Source of the DNA: Macrostomum lignano
Taxonomy: Eukaryota
Assembly (NCBI GenBank): GCA_002269645.1
Contig: NIVC01001860.1
Span: forward strand, 62,001 to 126,000
Reading direction: 5' to 3'
DNA length: 64,000 nt
Shown here one piece after another: positions 26,951-40,653 of the stretch. The notes under the pieces are model-generated. The model was not told the DNA's origin and did not search any database. It saw only the letters and a program-made list of their open reading frames with translations. Every line of letters begins with the position of its first letter. The first letter of the stretch is position 1. The position numbers were made by a program, and so were the translations under genes.

Positions 26951-27056
26951 TGGATTTCCGGTTGCTAAGGTAAGCTGGGCTCTGTTGCTAGGGAGATGAT
27001 AATAGGGGCAGCGGTCTGAAATTTTAGAAATGAAACATTGTTACAATCATGCTTGG

Positions 27057-27207
27057 GCGCAACCTTGGGATTTACTCGGCCGTTTCTATTGGCAACATAC
27101 ATGTAATTGGACGGAATAGTGGTCACGTGACTGCTCTCAGCTAATAGCGACTTACATGTATGTAAGTGTTGCCAATAGAAACGGCCAGGCGATTCCCAAG
27201 GTTGCGC
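27057..27207. promoter_or_regulatory. About 50-bp-arm inverted repeat upstream of adducin, with CCAAT boxes and a loop E-box
   Basis: Arms 27057-27106 and 27152-27207 (GCGCAACCTTGGGA..GGCCGTTTCTATTGGCAACA..TACATGTAA); GTCACGTGAC at 27122-27131. Confidence 0.7.
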
Positions 27208-27524
27208 ATGTATGGTTACAATGATTTAATCAGTCTATTTAATGGCAGACAACTATAACTACCTTAAGTATCATTAGATTAGAGTTTAGATTTTTTACTG
27301 TAATTTCACTATAAATCGATTTTTTACTCTAAAGTAGCATTGAATTTTGAGATATCGTAATAATCATTTGTCTTGAAGTTCTATTATCCAAACTTTAGAC
27401 AAATATTCTAAATCATTTATTCTATTATTTGGTAACAAAAATAACATTTTGGTAACATATGTTAAAGATCATAAAATAGTCAAAACCAAATAAAGCTTTC
27501 AATTGCATGCACAGTAAACCAATA

Positions 27525-28632
27525 TGAGGGGTATTCAAAAAGTTTTGGCAACAGGCTATTAAAATCTAGTGCAAGCTTCATTATTCTAAAAGTAAGGGTT
27601 TACAGTCCTACGTAGTCTCCGCCACGCTCTATGCACTTCTGATGCCTCCGTAGCCACAAATCAAAGGCGCAGCGGTACTCCAATTCAGTGAATGCCCTCA
27701 ACTCTGAATTGAGAGCGCGCGCCAGGTCTTGCGGCCTCTGCACTCAACGAGCTGTGATCTTCTTGAGCCCTAGCTGCTCATGCAGGGTGGTAAAAACACC
27801 GCTCTCAGATATGTCAAGTGTCTGGCTCAGCATGGCAACAGAAATGTTTGGATCCTCAGCCACCAGCGATTGCACAGCGCTAATGTTGCTCTTGTTCACG
27901 GCTGTGCTCGGCCTCCCAGATTGACGGTTGTCACAGAGGCTGCTCCTGCCGGCGCCAAAAGCCTCAATCCATTGTGCAACAGTGCGACAAGATGAAGCTT
28001 GATCCCCTATTACCTGTGCTAAGTTGTGCACATAAAGATGTAGAAGCGCATGTTTTCTGAGCTGATATTTCCATCTTTTGTCACAAGCCAAAACGTAGGT
28101 ATGGTCAGGTGTGAATTGTGCAATAATGAGTGAAGCTATTGCGCTGAAAAATTATATGGTGGTCTTTTTTAGAGGCAGGGGGGTTGTGTGCACCCTGGCG
28201 CACTTTAAGTGACATAGGCACACAACCAGCAAGAGGCATTACTGCCCATTCCGCCGACTCACCTGAGCAGGCATACAAGTGCGCGGATATGTACGCAGGC
28301 ACACACTCACACAGGAGTGTACAGCGGCCCTAACTTATTGTTAGGCATGTACACTTCACTGCGCCTTGGGGGTTGGCTCTCAAGGCCGTTAATTGCATGA
28401 GCAGAGCCAAGCTGAGATTCCAATTCAGCCCCAAATTAATGTGACTGCACTTGGAATCGAGCCTGTGTTGCTGGCACACCAGAGCCTACGCTAGACTGCT
28501 GGGCTACGGCCCCCTTATAGATATATGGTGGTCTCAGGTATATTACTAAAATATTCCTAAAATTTAGTGTGTTTTGCTTGAGCCAAAGTATATCTATATA
28601 TGCAGTTGCAAAAACTTTTTGAATGCCCCTCA
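27525..28632 (-). mobile_element. Mariner (Tc1/mariner) element with internally deleted transposase
   Basis: TIRs TGAGGGG(T/C)ATTCAAAAAGTTTT, TA flanks. HTH region (GRSSLCDNRQSGRP..LGLKKITAR*V) is joined almost directly to the C-terminal KCIERGGDYV; no DD34D domain. Confidence 0.9.
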
Positions 28633-29046
28633 TATAAACAAAAAGGCTTTCTAGATATAGCCATATTATATTCTTGTAGAAAACTATTGTACTAGTCAAC
28701 TATAAATTCATAAATTTTGTAAGATTTATATAACTTTTAGCTTTTAATATATATAGCAATATATCAATATATAGCTTATGTTAAAATTCTATTACACATA
28801 TATTTCTGTTTTTATTATCTATAGCAAAAAACTAATTAAACTAGTACATTGTCAATAAATGCTTCTAACATACAAATTAAAAATGATGCCAAAAAACTAA
28901 ACCATTTATAATCATTCTTCTTTTTGGCTAAAATTGTTTAAATGAATTCTAATTAATTGTATATATTTCATTTTATCATATGAAAACTAGTTTTGAAATT
29001 AAAAAATATTGGCCATATAATTTAGCTTATCTTTATATAATTCCTG

Positions 29047-29336
29047 ATTGCAGCGCATGGGCATTTTGGCGGACGGCGTCCGGCGCGGATCAGCCTGCGC
29101 GGCGCAGCATTGGTGGTGGACCAGGGGTAAGTTGCAAAAATGCCACCCCATAGAATACGGGTGTAGTACTAATTAGATGCTGAGGCATTTAGGCTTGATA
29201 AGACAGTCATAGTTACTCCTGCCATTTACCCAAAACTGCGTTAATTTTGCTTTAGGGTTTCTTTCACAGGTAAGTCATTTCATAGCGTGGCGCAGGTTGT
29301 GTAGGCGTCTGGCGTACTTAAGCCATGCGCTGCAAT
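29047..29336. mobile_element. MITE-like element with perfect 14-bp TIR ATTGCAGCGCATGG
   Basis: GC-rich 290-bp island in AT-rich DNA; TIRs at 29047-29060 and 29323-29336; no TSD found. Confidence 0.5.
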
Positions 29337-30036
29337 AGGGATATAATTTAGTTTGCTACTTTTGTTATAAGAATTATTTGGCACTTTTTTATTCTATTTT
29401 TTCTCTTGGTTTTTTAATATTTTAATATTATGTTTTTTTAAATTCATTTATCAATTTTTAAGGTTTTTAAATAATACTCATTTTTTATTGAATAAATATT
29501 TGAAAGAAAAATCTAATTTGAAAATAAAATACTAATAATTAATTTGATTCATTAATATAATAAAACCAAGGACCTTTTTAGAAATTCCTTATAAATGAAT
29601 GCTAAAGAGGTTGAAAAGAATCTTTTTTCTTTTTTAATTTATAGAAATTAATACTATCCCTAACTTTAAATTGTACTTATCTGTGCAAGCTAAAACATTG
29701 TTCCTATATGTTATAAATAAAGTCAAGACTCAAAGACAGCCAAGGTAATGCCCAGAATTATATTTATTCAATGAAATTTTTTTGATTAATATCTTTACTA
29801 AGATACCAATGCTACTTAAGTAGGCCCTATATATTTTTTACCTATTATTTCTAATTTTGCTTGCATTGCCTAGAAAATTAAACAAAAAATAATTTTAGTA
29901 ATTGGTTTTATTTTTTATAAAAAACATATGGGGCAATAAAACTGTTTCTATATAAAAGTTTAGCCTTATCTTTTCAATATTGACAAAATTGGCAATTTTT
30001 TACTTTATTGCATTTAATTATTTTTCACTTTTCTTT

Positions 30037-30273
30037 GGATGGGAGGCCTACAATGGCTTGCAGAACCACGATGTTGTGAATAATCAACTTCATTTTGCTG
30101 ACCCTAACAACCCATCGATCCACACAAACACCATTTAGGGGTCGTGGGCCTATGTCAAGGCAAAGTTCCGGGCAATGCATGGCACTTCCAAAGCTCTGTT
30201 TGAAAGCCATCTCAGCGAGTATCTCTGGCGCTGGCTCTCTCCTAGAAAGAAGTTTGGCAACTTCCTGTACTAG
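30037..30273 (+). pseudogene. Merlin (IS1016/IS1595-like) transposase C-terminal relic
   Basis: GWEAYNGL..HDVVN..HFADP..IHTNTI*GSW..K..HGTS..HLSEYLWR matches the Merlin DDE C-terminus; the catalytic Glu codon is replaced by TAG. Confidence 0.75.
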
Positions 30274-31838
30274 GTGGCTCATTATTATTGACTAATTGAC
30301 TTACCTGACACTTCAAGACACTTATCTTTTATCTTCCTACCATCTTTATGTTTTGAAATTAAAAAAGAACCATTAAAAAATTAAACGTAGTAAAGTAAAA
30401 GATTGCTACAAAATTACAAATTTTTACATTATATTAAAACTGAAATTTGATTGATTAGCTTGTTTAATTATTTGGTTTAGTTGACAATATTAATATCCTC
30501 TATATCCTAGAATTATCTATCATAAAAGGCCTATATAACTATAACTATAAGCAGATCATAAATTTAAATAGGCTGGGCAACTACTTTAAGTTAAAGGCAT
30601 ACTAACTCATTTTAACTAGATGACCAAGTTGAGCTTGATGTTAGCACTACAATTATTCTAATTTATTCATTCAATCAAATATAATACAAAGCAAATTCCA
30701 AATAAAAATGAGTTGTTGCTTGTTGGTTTCTATTTATGACTATATATGCGATCAATTTCAGAAATAAATAAAGTCAACTAAAAATATACCATTTGTCGAC
30801 TTTAATCTTCATATTCAGAATCTTATTCTGTCTTTAATGAGCTAGGGGCCTAGTAATTATTAATATATGGATAAATTCTAAATTCGATTCAACTTCAACT
30901 GACTGTTAAATTAAAATCAATTACGCTTACGCCTAAAGATTAAGAGCATCAACAGTTTACAACATTCTTTAATCTATTGTCCTATTACCAATCACAATAT
31001 TTACTCTAACGTCAAAGCCTTTTCCTCAGCTTGCCTCATCAAACTCGTGGTAAATCAATAATTCATTCATGGTTCACTGTAGGAAGAAAACTGTTGTCGT
31101 TCAAAACCGTCTCTAGATCTTGATTTACTTATTATTAAAATATATACAAACTATTAAGCTAAAACAGGGTACCTTGGAAAGTGTCTTAATCCTTATTAAA
31201 CATAAAATGAAGACTAGCTTTTCTGTTTCTTTGTTAAACTTTTTAAATACACGCAAACCGGTGGTTCTTACGAGGACAATGTGCATCTGTGCAGATCAGA
31301 GGGGATTAAGAGGTATAAAATGTGGGGAGCAGATTTTAACCAGGAGTAACTAGAGGGGCGCCATAATATATACACTAGAGGGGCGCCATAATATACACTA
31401 GAGGGGCGCCGTAATACACTAGAGGGCGCCCTGAAGGGGCGCCATACTGAGCAAACGGAGGTTGTGGTGGGGACCTTTTTTGTAGGGCAATGAAAATGGG
31501 GGTGGCCGCCCCCCAAATCACTTTAAAATTGGTTAACTAAGCTACAGTAAATTGATTTAACACGTAAACACCTGCAGCTAGTATAGCTAGCTAGAATGCT
31601 TGTACGTGAAACTAAATGAAACAAAAACGGAAACTAAGATTTTCCATCATATAGTTTACCCATCCTAGAGTTTATAGTACCAGCCGACATCAATTTACAA
31701 GCCCCGGCCCAGTTTAAAAGTTTATTTCATAATCTAAGGTCGCTGCAATTAAAGTCTCTCAGGTATAACATTGAGGGTAGGTCCAAACTATTTTCATGTA
31801 ATATTTTACGAAATTTTCATAACGGAAAAAAGCATTCA

Positions 31839-32879
31839 CAGGGGTGTCGGAACTGGGGGGGCATGGGGGGCTGGAGCCCCCACTTTTTAGCATGATCCTG
31901 CAAGTGCCCTTTTTGAATTTCAAGCAATTGTGTCGGCCCGTTTTCGGCATTGGCTTTTCTGAGTCTTGGAAGCTAAAGGGTATAAAGGGAGAGGATAGGG
32001 AATAGACAAGAGAAATACGAGCGCAGGAGAAAGGAGAGGCGAAGGAATAAAGGAGAAAAGAGTAGACGAGAACAGAAAAAAATAGGAGAGGAGAGTGGAG
32101 ATAAATGGGGAGAGGAGAGTCGAAATATAAGAGAGAGGAGAGAAGGAGCGGAGGGAAGGGAGAAAATAATAGAGAGGAAACGGGAGATGAGAAGAGAAGA
32201 GAGAGGTGAGGAGAGGAGAGAAGAGGACAGGACAGGAGAATATGAGAAGAGAGAGGTGAGGGAAGAGAGCTGAGAATTGAGACACAAACATCGAGTTGGC
32301 CGGATTGCTATCGTGAAGATTCAAAGGATCCGAGGGCCGGATAGAGAGGCTTTGCAGACATTTGGCCCTCAAGGCCGGAGTTTGCCAACCCCTGTTTTAG
32401 TATTCAGCCCTTTTACTTTGGCATCTCTGATCGAAATTCCGAGTCCGCCGCGCAATCCCAAGACTTAAACCGCTGCTGTCGCTGCAACTAAGGTAAAAGC
32501 ACCAAAATGCCGTTAGATAACAGAATAAAGAGACAGCGCCAAGAGGAACTGAAGGAGACAGCCAAGAGATCCAGAAAATTACCTGATTGGTCTTGCCCTT
32601 GCAATTTTCATTCATTTGAGATATTTTACTAAATAAATTGATAATGCAGTGCAGTGCAGTTGCGCAATGTTTGAATTTGTTGAAAATTCGAACATTTTTC
32701 AGACTTTTGGCCACTTCCAACACATAATTGAATATTGGCCTGGTTGTCAGAATTAATGTCACAAACTGACATAACAGCAGGAGTTTGGGTGCCCTCCCTT
32801 AGACTAAAAAAATCATGTGCAATGTGCCCTCCCAACAATATAGCCCCCCCCCACTTTGAAATATGTTTCGACACCGCTA
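31839..32879. mobile_element. hAT-type non-autonomous element with perfect 8-bp TSD, enclosing a GA tract and a Charlie-like right end
   Basis: Termini CAGGGGTGTCGGAAC / GTTTCGACACCGCTA; TSD AGCATTCA at 31831-31838 and 32880-32887; internal end ..GGAGTTTGCCAACCCCTG at 32394. Confidence 0.8.
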
Positions 32880-34053
32880 AGCATTCATATTGTAGTCGTA
32901 AATGTATATAGACGTATTACATATAGATGTAGTACATTGTAGCCGTTTTACCCCCCATACCCCGATGGAGAGTGGTGCGGACGTCGTGTACAAGTGCATG
33001 GTACGCTACGGCCAGCGCAGCCGCAATCCAAGCAACAGCCGCCATCGGAAAAGTTTTTCGCATCTTAAATAATGTATGGCAATGTTCAGTATCAATCTTC
33101 TGCAGAGGCTATGCGTCTGACCTATAAGATCCTACACCTAAAGCTGCCTGTGATTGACCTGTCATGCGCCCAGCTAATTTGTATGTAATATATGAGTAAA
33201 CATGTAGATGATGTTGCAGGAAAAATTAGCTTAGCTTCAGATTGTACATGTACATTTCTGCAGAAATTATCTACATTTGCAAAATTGCAGAACATTATTA
33301 CGCGTATATTTAAATGTGATTTGTATGGCTACTCTGTATGCATGCTATAATATTGAATAATATATTAGCTGTAGGCTTGTAATTTAATTAATGAAAATAT
33401 ATTGAACAAACTCCTTAATCGTAAAATACTTGGCTTGACTCATTTTTTGTACTCATATTTATACTCATCAATACTCATATTCATATTCTATTATAATTCC
33501 CTTATTTAAATACTTTAAATTTGCCATTTCGTTGTTAGTCGTCACTTTCGTCCAAAAATACCGTAAAAAATTTTGGCGCGCTTTCAAATACTTAATTATA
33601 TTTTACAATTAACATCGAATCGTCTTTATAAACTTCTATTTCGAAAATTTTTCCAAATACATTGCCGTATAATATATTGGCCAAACAGGCTAACTGCCTG
33701 AGCCAAATTCCTACTACTACTACTACTACTTGGCGTAGCGTAGTAAGTAGCGTAGTATGCTTGCGAACTCGAATTATATATGCTGACGATATTCTATATA
33801 AACGTTGGAGTTAAACGCGCCAATCCTTCTATGGCAGAGGCCACCGATTTTGGAAATTTCTAATCTGAGTTAGCCCAGCTGCTTTGACATCCAAGCGTGC
33901 GTTCCACGCATTAAGGACTTTCAGGTTAAAGCTCACTTAGCCTGCTATACATTTAATACAATTTGGCTGAGATTGCATGAACTGAACTTTAGCTATTGAG
34001 AAATAACACTAACTGCACTACGTGTCGGCCAACTTGGATTTTTAACAGTAAGA

Positions 34054-34165
34054 ATGACAGTCGTTACAGTCAACTTCTGTCGCTGCATGCTAGCTGTGTG
34101 GCTGTTCTCATCAATATTCTGCTTTAGTGGCTGCGTTGGTTGCAACTTCATCACCAGGCAAATCA
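34054..34165 (+). CDS. Secreted WSC-domain protein, exon 1 (signal peptide)
   Basis: MTVVTVNFCRCMLAVWLFSSIFCFSGCVG is a hydrophobic leader; donor A|GTGAGT, phase 1. Confidence 0.75.
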
Positions 34166-34209
34166 GTGAGTTTTTTCATTATTCTTGCGCAAGAAATATT
34201 TGGTTAGTT

Positions 34210-34990
<781 letters not shown>

Positions 34991-35169
34991 TAGTTGGTTA
35001 CAGGTACATGTGTACTGTATCGTTATAGTTTTCTTTTGGAACATTAGGAATGCTTCTAGAATCCTGAGCCTTGAGACAATAAAACAACTTCTAAGCAACA
35101 AAATTTCACAATCTTCAACTTTTAAGTTCCAATTCCAATTCCAACTGACCTGCACCTTGAGCATTTCAG

Positions 35170-35465
35170 TTAAGCGTAAGACTTTCACGTACATGGGTTG
35201 CTACATGGACAAGGCGCAGTCCAGGGACCTGTTGATCCCAGGCGGACACGGCAATCACATGGACCCCACCGAGTGTAACGAGGTATGCAAAAAACGAATG
35301 AAAACAAAGTTCATGGGCCTACAGGACGGCGGCAACTGCTGGTGCGGCAACAAATTCAATAAGTACGGCAAAGCCAAGGACAGCGCGTGCAACACACCAT
35401 GCGCCGGGAATCCAAAAGAGAAGTGCGGTGGCAGGTACCTCAACTCAGTGTTTGAAACTGCTTGA
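35170..35465 (+). CDS. Secreted WSC-domain protein, exon 2 (135 aa total)
   Basis: Acceptor CATTTCAG; YMGCYMD..MDPTECNEVC..FMGLQDGGNCWCGN..CNTPCAGNPKEKCGG shows the 8-Cys WSC pattern. Confidence 0.88.
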
Positions 35466-35704
35466 AACAGATGCTGATAATATCTACCAGCTATTACAAT
35501 GTATTAAGTTTTTAAGCCTCTCGCAGGCCGTGCAGTCTACTGCCTGTGATAACTTATTAGTTGATATGTGCATTTGCAAATACACTATGCATGCCTCAGC
35601 TAGGGCTTACTTTAAAAGTCCACTAGGACTTATAGCTATATTAGTATTTCGACTTGGGCCTTCTGCTTACTTTTTTGCGACTCAATCGGGCATTTTTAGC
35701 GGCT

Positions 35705-36848
35705 TCTTCCTGTGGCGGTTGCGAGTATTTTAGTTCCAACTCTTCCTGTGACGGTTGCGAGTATTTTAGTTCCATCTCTTCCTGTGACAGTGCTACTGCA
35801 GTTCCAACTCTTCCTGTGACGGTTGCGAGTATTTTAGTTCCAACTCTTCCTGTTACGGTTGCGAGTATTTTAGTTCCAACTCTTCCTGTGACGGTTGCGA
35901 GTATTTTAGTTCCAACTCTTCCTGTGACGGTTGCGAGTATTTAGTTCCAACTCTTCCTGTGACGGTTGCGAGTATTTTAGTTCCAACTCTTCCTGTGACG
36001 GTTGCGAGTATTTTAGTTCCAACTCTTCCTGTTACGGTTGCGAGTATTTTAGTTCCAACTCTTCCTGTGACGGTTGCGAGTATTTTAGTTCCAACTCTTC
36101 CTGTGACGGTTGCGAGTATTTTAGTTCCATCTCTTCCTGTGACGGTTGCGAGTATTGTAGTTCCAACTCTTCCTGCGACGGTTGCGAGAATTGTAGTTCC
36201 AACTCTACCTGTGACGGTTGCGAGAATTGTAGTTCCAACTCTTCCTGTGACGGTTGCGAGTATTTTAGTTCCAACTCTTCCTGTGACGGTTGCGAGAATT
36301 GTAGTTCCAACTCTTCCTGTGACGGTTGCGAGTATTTTAGTTCCAACTCTTCCTGTGACGGTTGCGAGTATTGTAGTTCCAACTCTTCCTGTGACGGTTG
36401 CGAGTATTTTAGTCCCATCTCTTCCTGTGACGGTTGCGAGTATTGTATAGTTCCAACTCTTCCTGTGACGGTTGCGAGTATTTTAGTCCCAACTCTTCCT
36501 GTGACGGTTGCGAGTATTTTAGTCCCAACTCTTCCTGTGACGGTTGCGAGTATTTTAGTTCCAACTCTTCCTGTGACGGTTGCGAGTATTTTAGTTCCAT
36601 CTCTTCATGTGACAGTGCTACTGCAGTTCCAACTCTTCCTGTGACAGTGCTACTGCAGTTCCAACTCTTCCTGTGACGGTTGCGAGTATTTTAGTCCCAA
36701 CTCTTCCTGTGACGGTTGCGAGTATTTTAGTTCCATCTCTTCATGTGACAGTGCTACTGCAGTTCCAACTCTTCCTGTGACAGTGCTACTGCACTTTCAA
36801 CTCTTCCTCTGAAAGCTATTGTAGTTCTAACTCCTCTTGTGACGGTTA
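35705..36848. repeat. 36-bp minisatellite (GTTCCAACTCTTCCTGTGACGGTTGCGAGTATTTTA)n
   Basis: Read directly; abuts the broken end of the LINE fragment. Confidence 0.96.
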
Positions 36849-38075
36849 TTGCAGTTCGGCGGCTATGCAGCGTAGCGGATCCATTTTCAGCCTGACAGTA
36901 TTGCTACTGGCCAGGAGGTTGAGCTGCCGGGCGCAGTCGGCGACTGTCCGGGAGTTCGTGGTGGTGTGGCAAAGGGACTGTAAGGCCGCTTGGCTGTCAG
37001 AGTGGATAACGATAGTCTCTCCTCTCGTACCCTTGGCATTCATTTCTGCGGCCCAGGAGCTGATATGCTCGTAGCAAGGACGTTGTTCTGGAAGACCGTA
37101 GAGAGTCTGCCAATGTGCTGGGCATGCGTAGCAATCCAGACGCGGCCGTCGATGATGCAGACCCCAAAGCCGGCGCGACCGTCTTTGATGGATCCGTCCG
37201 TGTAGCAATGGACCTCCTGGAAATTCCAGTGGTCATTGGCAGCATCCCTAGAGGGGATGGTGACCTTGTAGCGCTGAAAGAGGTTGAGAGTGCGGGGTTC
37301 GCCGTCAGATAGGACGTGGAGCCCGCCGCTGTCTCTCAAGTCCTTGAGGCAGAGGTCGGCGTGGGGCAGAAGCTTACGCTTAGCCATGGCCCTATGGGGC
37401 TGGATTCGAATGCCAGCGTCAGCTAGACGGCGGGCAGTCTTAGCCGCTTCCCTGCGGACAAAGATGTCCAGCGGGGGAATGTTGAGGAAGGCGTTGATGC
37501 CATCGTAAGGAGCAGACGGAGGGGCGCTCATGATCGTGCGACATGGGCGCCCTTGCGCTCTCCTGAGAGCCTCTAGACAGGTCTTTACCTGCAGGGCGCT
37601 AGCCCAGATCAGGCCGCCATACGAGATAGCGGGCCTAACCATTGCAGTGTAGATCCACCAGAGGCGCTTGGGGGTGAGCTCCCAGGTGGTGCCGACAGCC
37701 CTGCGCAGCTGCGCGAGGACTGCGAAGGCCTTTTTGGCTTTTGTTTGAACGTGGGGTGACCAGTTCAGCCTGTGGTCCAGGGTAATACCCAGACATTTAC
37801 TGTGCTTGCAGAAGGGGATTTCCCTTCCGTAAAGCGTGAGCGGCCGAATCTGCCACTTGGTCCTGCTGGTGAACATGATCGCTGCGGTCTTAGTCTCAGA
37901 GAGCCTTAAACCACAGCGGTCCGCCCATTGCTCAGCGGTGTAGATAAAGTTCTGAAGAAGGTCCCTAAGGGTATCAGGGGACGGACCAGATGCCACCGCG
38001 GTGACATCGTCCGCATATCCAACTTTCAGAATGGGGTCAGGCCGAGCATCCCAAACGAGCTCATCGATGACAAAA
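36846..38075 (-). mobile_element. Non-LTR retrotransposon fragment (RT C-terminal half + RNase H), LOA/R1-like
   Basis: VGYADDVTAV (about 38010), LGITLDHRLNWSPH, WELTPKRLWWIYTAMVRP, HCYTDGSIKDGRAGFG and IHSDSQAAL; truncated at both ends and frameshifted. Confidence 0.88.
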
Positions 38076-38350
38076 ACATGAAACTAAGTCTGATATAAAA
38101 AGTATCAATTGTTGCTTAGATACCAGCAGGTTTAAAGTTGCGCGAATTACAATAACGTGCTGTTGTGGTGCATAATTACTTTGCTTGTTTAAAAAACCTA
38201 AATTTGCAGCATAATTAGTTTTTTAATACTTCAATACATTATTATTGAATGTTATGGTACTAAACGGCTTCCCAGGTGTGTCAAAAGTTTTTAAGGTTTT
38301 CACTTTTTGTGTTTAATTGTTGTGGTAACATGAACTCACATGGCAAGTCC

Positions 38351-38712
38351 GGGTCTCCCTAAAACACGCACCGCACCGCCCCGAACCGCTACACATTATA
38401 ACATTTTTTGTCAATGCAGAATTTGATTGCAAAGAAAACAATTTGTTGTAAGAGTAATGTAATAAATATCTTTAATTATTATTTTAAATATTATTATTAT
38501 TTTTTATATTCTCGTTTTCATTACTAAATTATTTTATTAATATTATTATTAATATCACTTATTAGTCACCGAATTTCGAATTTAAAAAACTAAATTTAAT
38601 AAAAAAATTTAAGCTTAACAGAAAACGCATTTTGAAGTGTCTTCAGTTATAGTCCAATTTGTTTTAATGTGTAGCGCTGCAGGGCGGTGCGGGGCGTGTT
38701 TTAGGGAGACCC
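38351..38712. mobile_element. Mutator-type MITE, 362 bp
   Basis: About 50-bp imperfect TIR beginning GGGTCTCCCTAAAACACGC; perfect 9-bp TSD GGCAAGTCC at 38342-38350 and 38713-38721. Confidence 0.85.
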
Positions 38713-39600
38713 GGCAAGTCCGTCGATCCTATTATTCGTAGCCTGTTTAATGTAGCAGCGTCCTTCACTCGTACATAGTCATACGAATACAATTTAAATT
38801 TATATAACATGGTTTATGACTAGGCTAGGCCTATGGCCATATACTATAGCCTATAGGCTACCAGTCCAGCCTGAGTTTTTTCTGTGGCGCTAAGAATATG
38901 CGAAATCGCACCCAAGTGCAAGTCAAGACCAAGGCACATAGCCGTAGGCATAGTCATTATAGCTTATATAATAATAATATAACATAATGGCAATGCCAAT
39001 GGCAATGCAATAGCAAATTATATAGCTAGCATACATACAAAGTTTGCCAATGTCACTAGGGGCCTATTTATTTATGTAATACTTAAAATAGAGAAATTAG
39101 TTAACTCAAGTCAATTATAGGCCCTAGCTACTAAAATTAAGTAGCTTACTTGATAATAACTTGTATTGTAAACTACATAATAATAATATAGCCTAAATAT
39201 AGCCTATATAATAATATAGCCTATATATGCAGGCCTATACACTAATGGCTAGATCTAGGCCTATCTTATTGCTATTATATTCCATGAAAAGAAAGAATAA
39301 AAATGCCATTCAAAATAGGCCTAGTCTATGTATTAATAGCCCAGGCCTATTCCAAATGCTTTGGCTTTATTTATTATATATTAAGGGCCTAAGCCTATTT
39401 ATTAAGACTGTTTATTGACTAGATTCTTATAATAAATTTATATTAGGCCTATAGTTTATTTACAACCATAGATAAGTAGCATAGCAATAATATAGGCCTA
39501 GGTCTAATCTCTAGAAAGTCAAATATTTATTATAAGGCCTATTATAAGTATGTAATAAAAATGAATAAACATATTTAAAATATATATAACTACTCGCAGT

Positions 39601-40367
39601 TGTGACAGGCCTTTTGGCTCTGTCTTTCTAAACTTCTAACTATTAGTGTTTATTAAATATCCTACGAGCTGCCACCAAAGTTGTTACAGGCCTTTCACCT
39701 CTTACTTTATCAATTTTAATCCCACCGATTTGCCAACTACAGTTATCCTGATTATACTTGCTTTTACTCCCTAACTATTTCTTAGAATTTCATTTAAATA
39801 TTTCTGGGTAGCGTTCTTAGTAGCGTTTCTGGTAGCGTTCTTAGTAGCGTTTCTGGTAGCTTATGGCTTGCTTTCTGGTAGCGTTCTAGTAGCTTATGGC
39901 CTGAGCGGTCTAGTACTGGTATATGTATTAGTGTATAGTCCTAATCGGGCGTTCACCGAGACTAGAGGGTCACGGCGCCTCTCTTGGTATATCTCCAAGA
40001 ATTAGTCCCAATTCCCTTCTCTTAGCAAATTTCTTAGAATCGTTTCACAGGTTTTGCAAATAAATAAGTCGCTATTTAGCTCAAAGACTTTGAAATGGTT
40101 TAGATTGAACTGCTTATTCTGTTCGCAATTATTTGCTCACGAGTAAAAGACAGTTAGAGTATATTTGTCGCGAAACCGCTCCTATATATAGTGATTTTCC
40201 CCACATACGATTAAAACAAAAAATAATTCTCCAATTTATTTCGCACATTAAAACAAACTATTATTTGGCGTTCGCGTAGATTCAGTTTCTAAGAAAGATT
40301 CGAATATACAGTTATTACATTGAAAGAACATTCGAGTATACTATGATAAAGGCATAGCACTAGTACA
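39601..40367 (-). repeat. 3' LTR (767 bp)
   Basis: No difference from 47528-48294 found by eye; TATA-like TATATATA near 40183-40190; AATAAA on the minus strand near 39650. Confidence 0.97.
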
Positions 40368-40368
40368 A

Positions 40369-40380
40369 CTTTCCTCCTCT
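40369..40380 (-). other. Polypurine tract AGAGGAGGAAAG
   Basis: Immediately upstream of the 3' LTR on the element strand. Confidence 0.85.
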
Positions 40381-40653
40381 AAATATCAAATTTTGAACGA
40401 AATACTATATTATATGTATACAGTGAAAAATTGAAATCGTAGGAAAATGCAGGTGAAAAGGTGCAAAGCAAGGTGCAGAAAACACAATTCAGTGCTAAAA
40501 CAATTGGTGCATAAAATGGTTGTGATAGAACTATTATGTAGGTAAACCATTAAAGTGAGAACTATTATGGAAGCAAAACGAACTATTATAAAAGTATTAT
40601 AAAAGGCAAAATTGTTATTAAAGGCAACGCAAAAGTTAGTTCACCTCAATAGT

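Noticed and set aside
32965-33072. Short ORF MESGADVVYKCMVRYGQR..
   Set aside because: 35 aa, with no recognisable domain or splice context.
35931-36676. Cys-rich (CDGCEY) metallothionein-like ORF and VPTLPVT mucin-like ORF
   Set aside because: 36-bp satellite open in several frames; no evidence of coding.
39889-39960. Functional tRNA gene or SINE in the LTR
   Set aside because: A-box-like segment only; no properly spaced B box and no cloverleaf.
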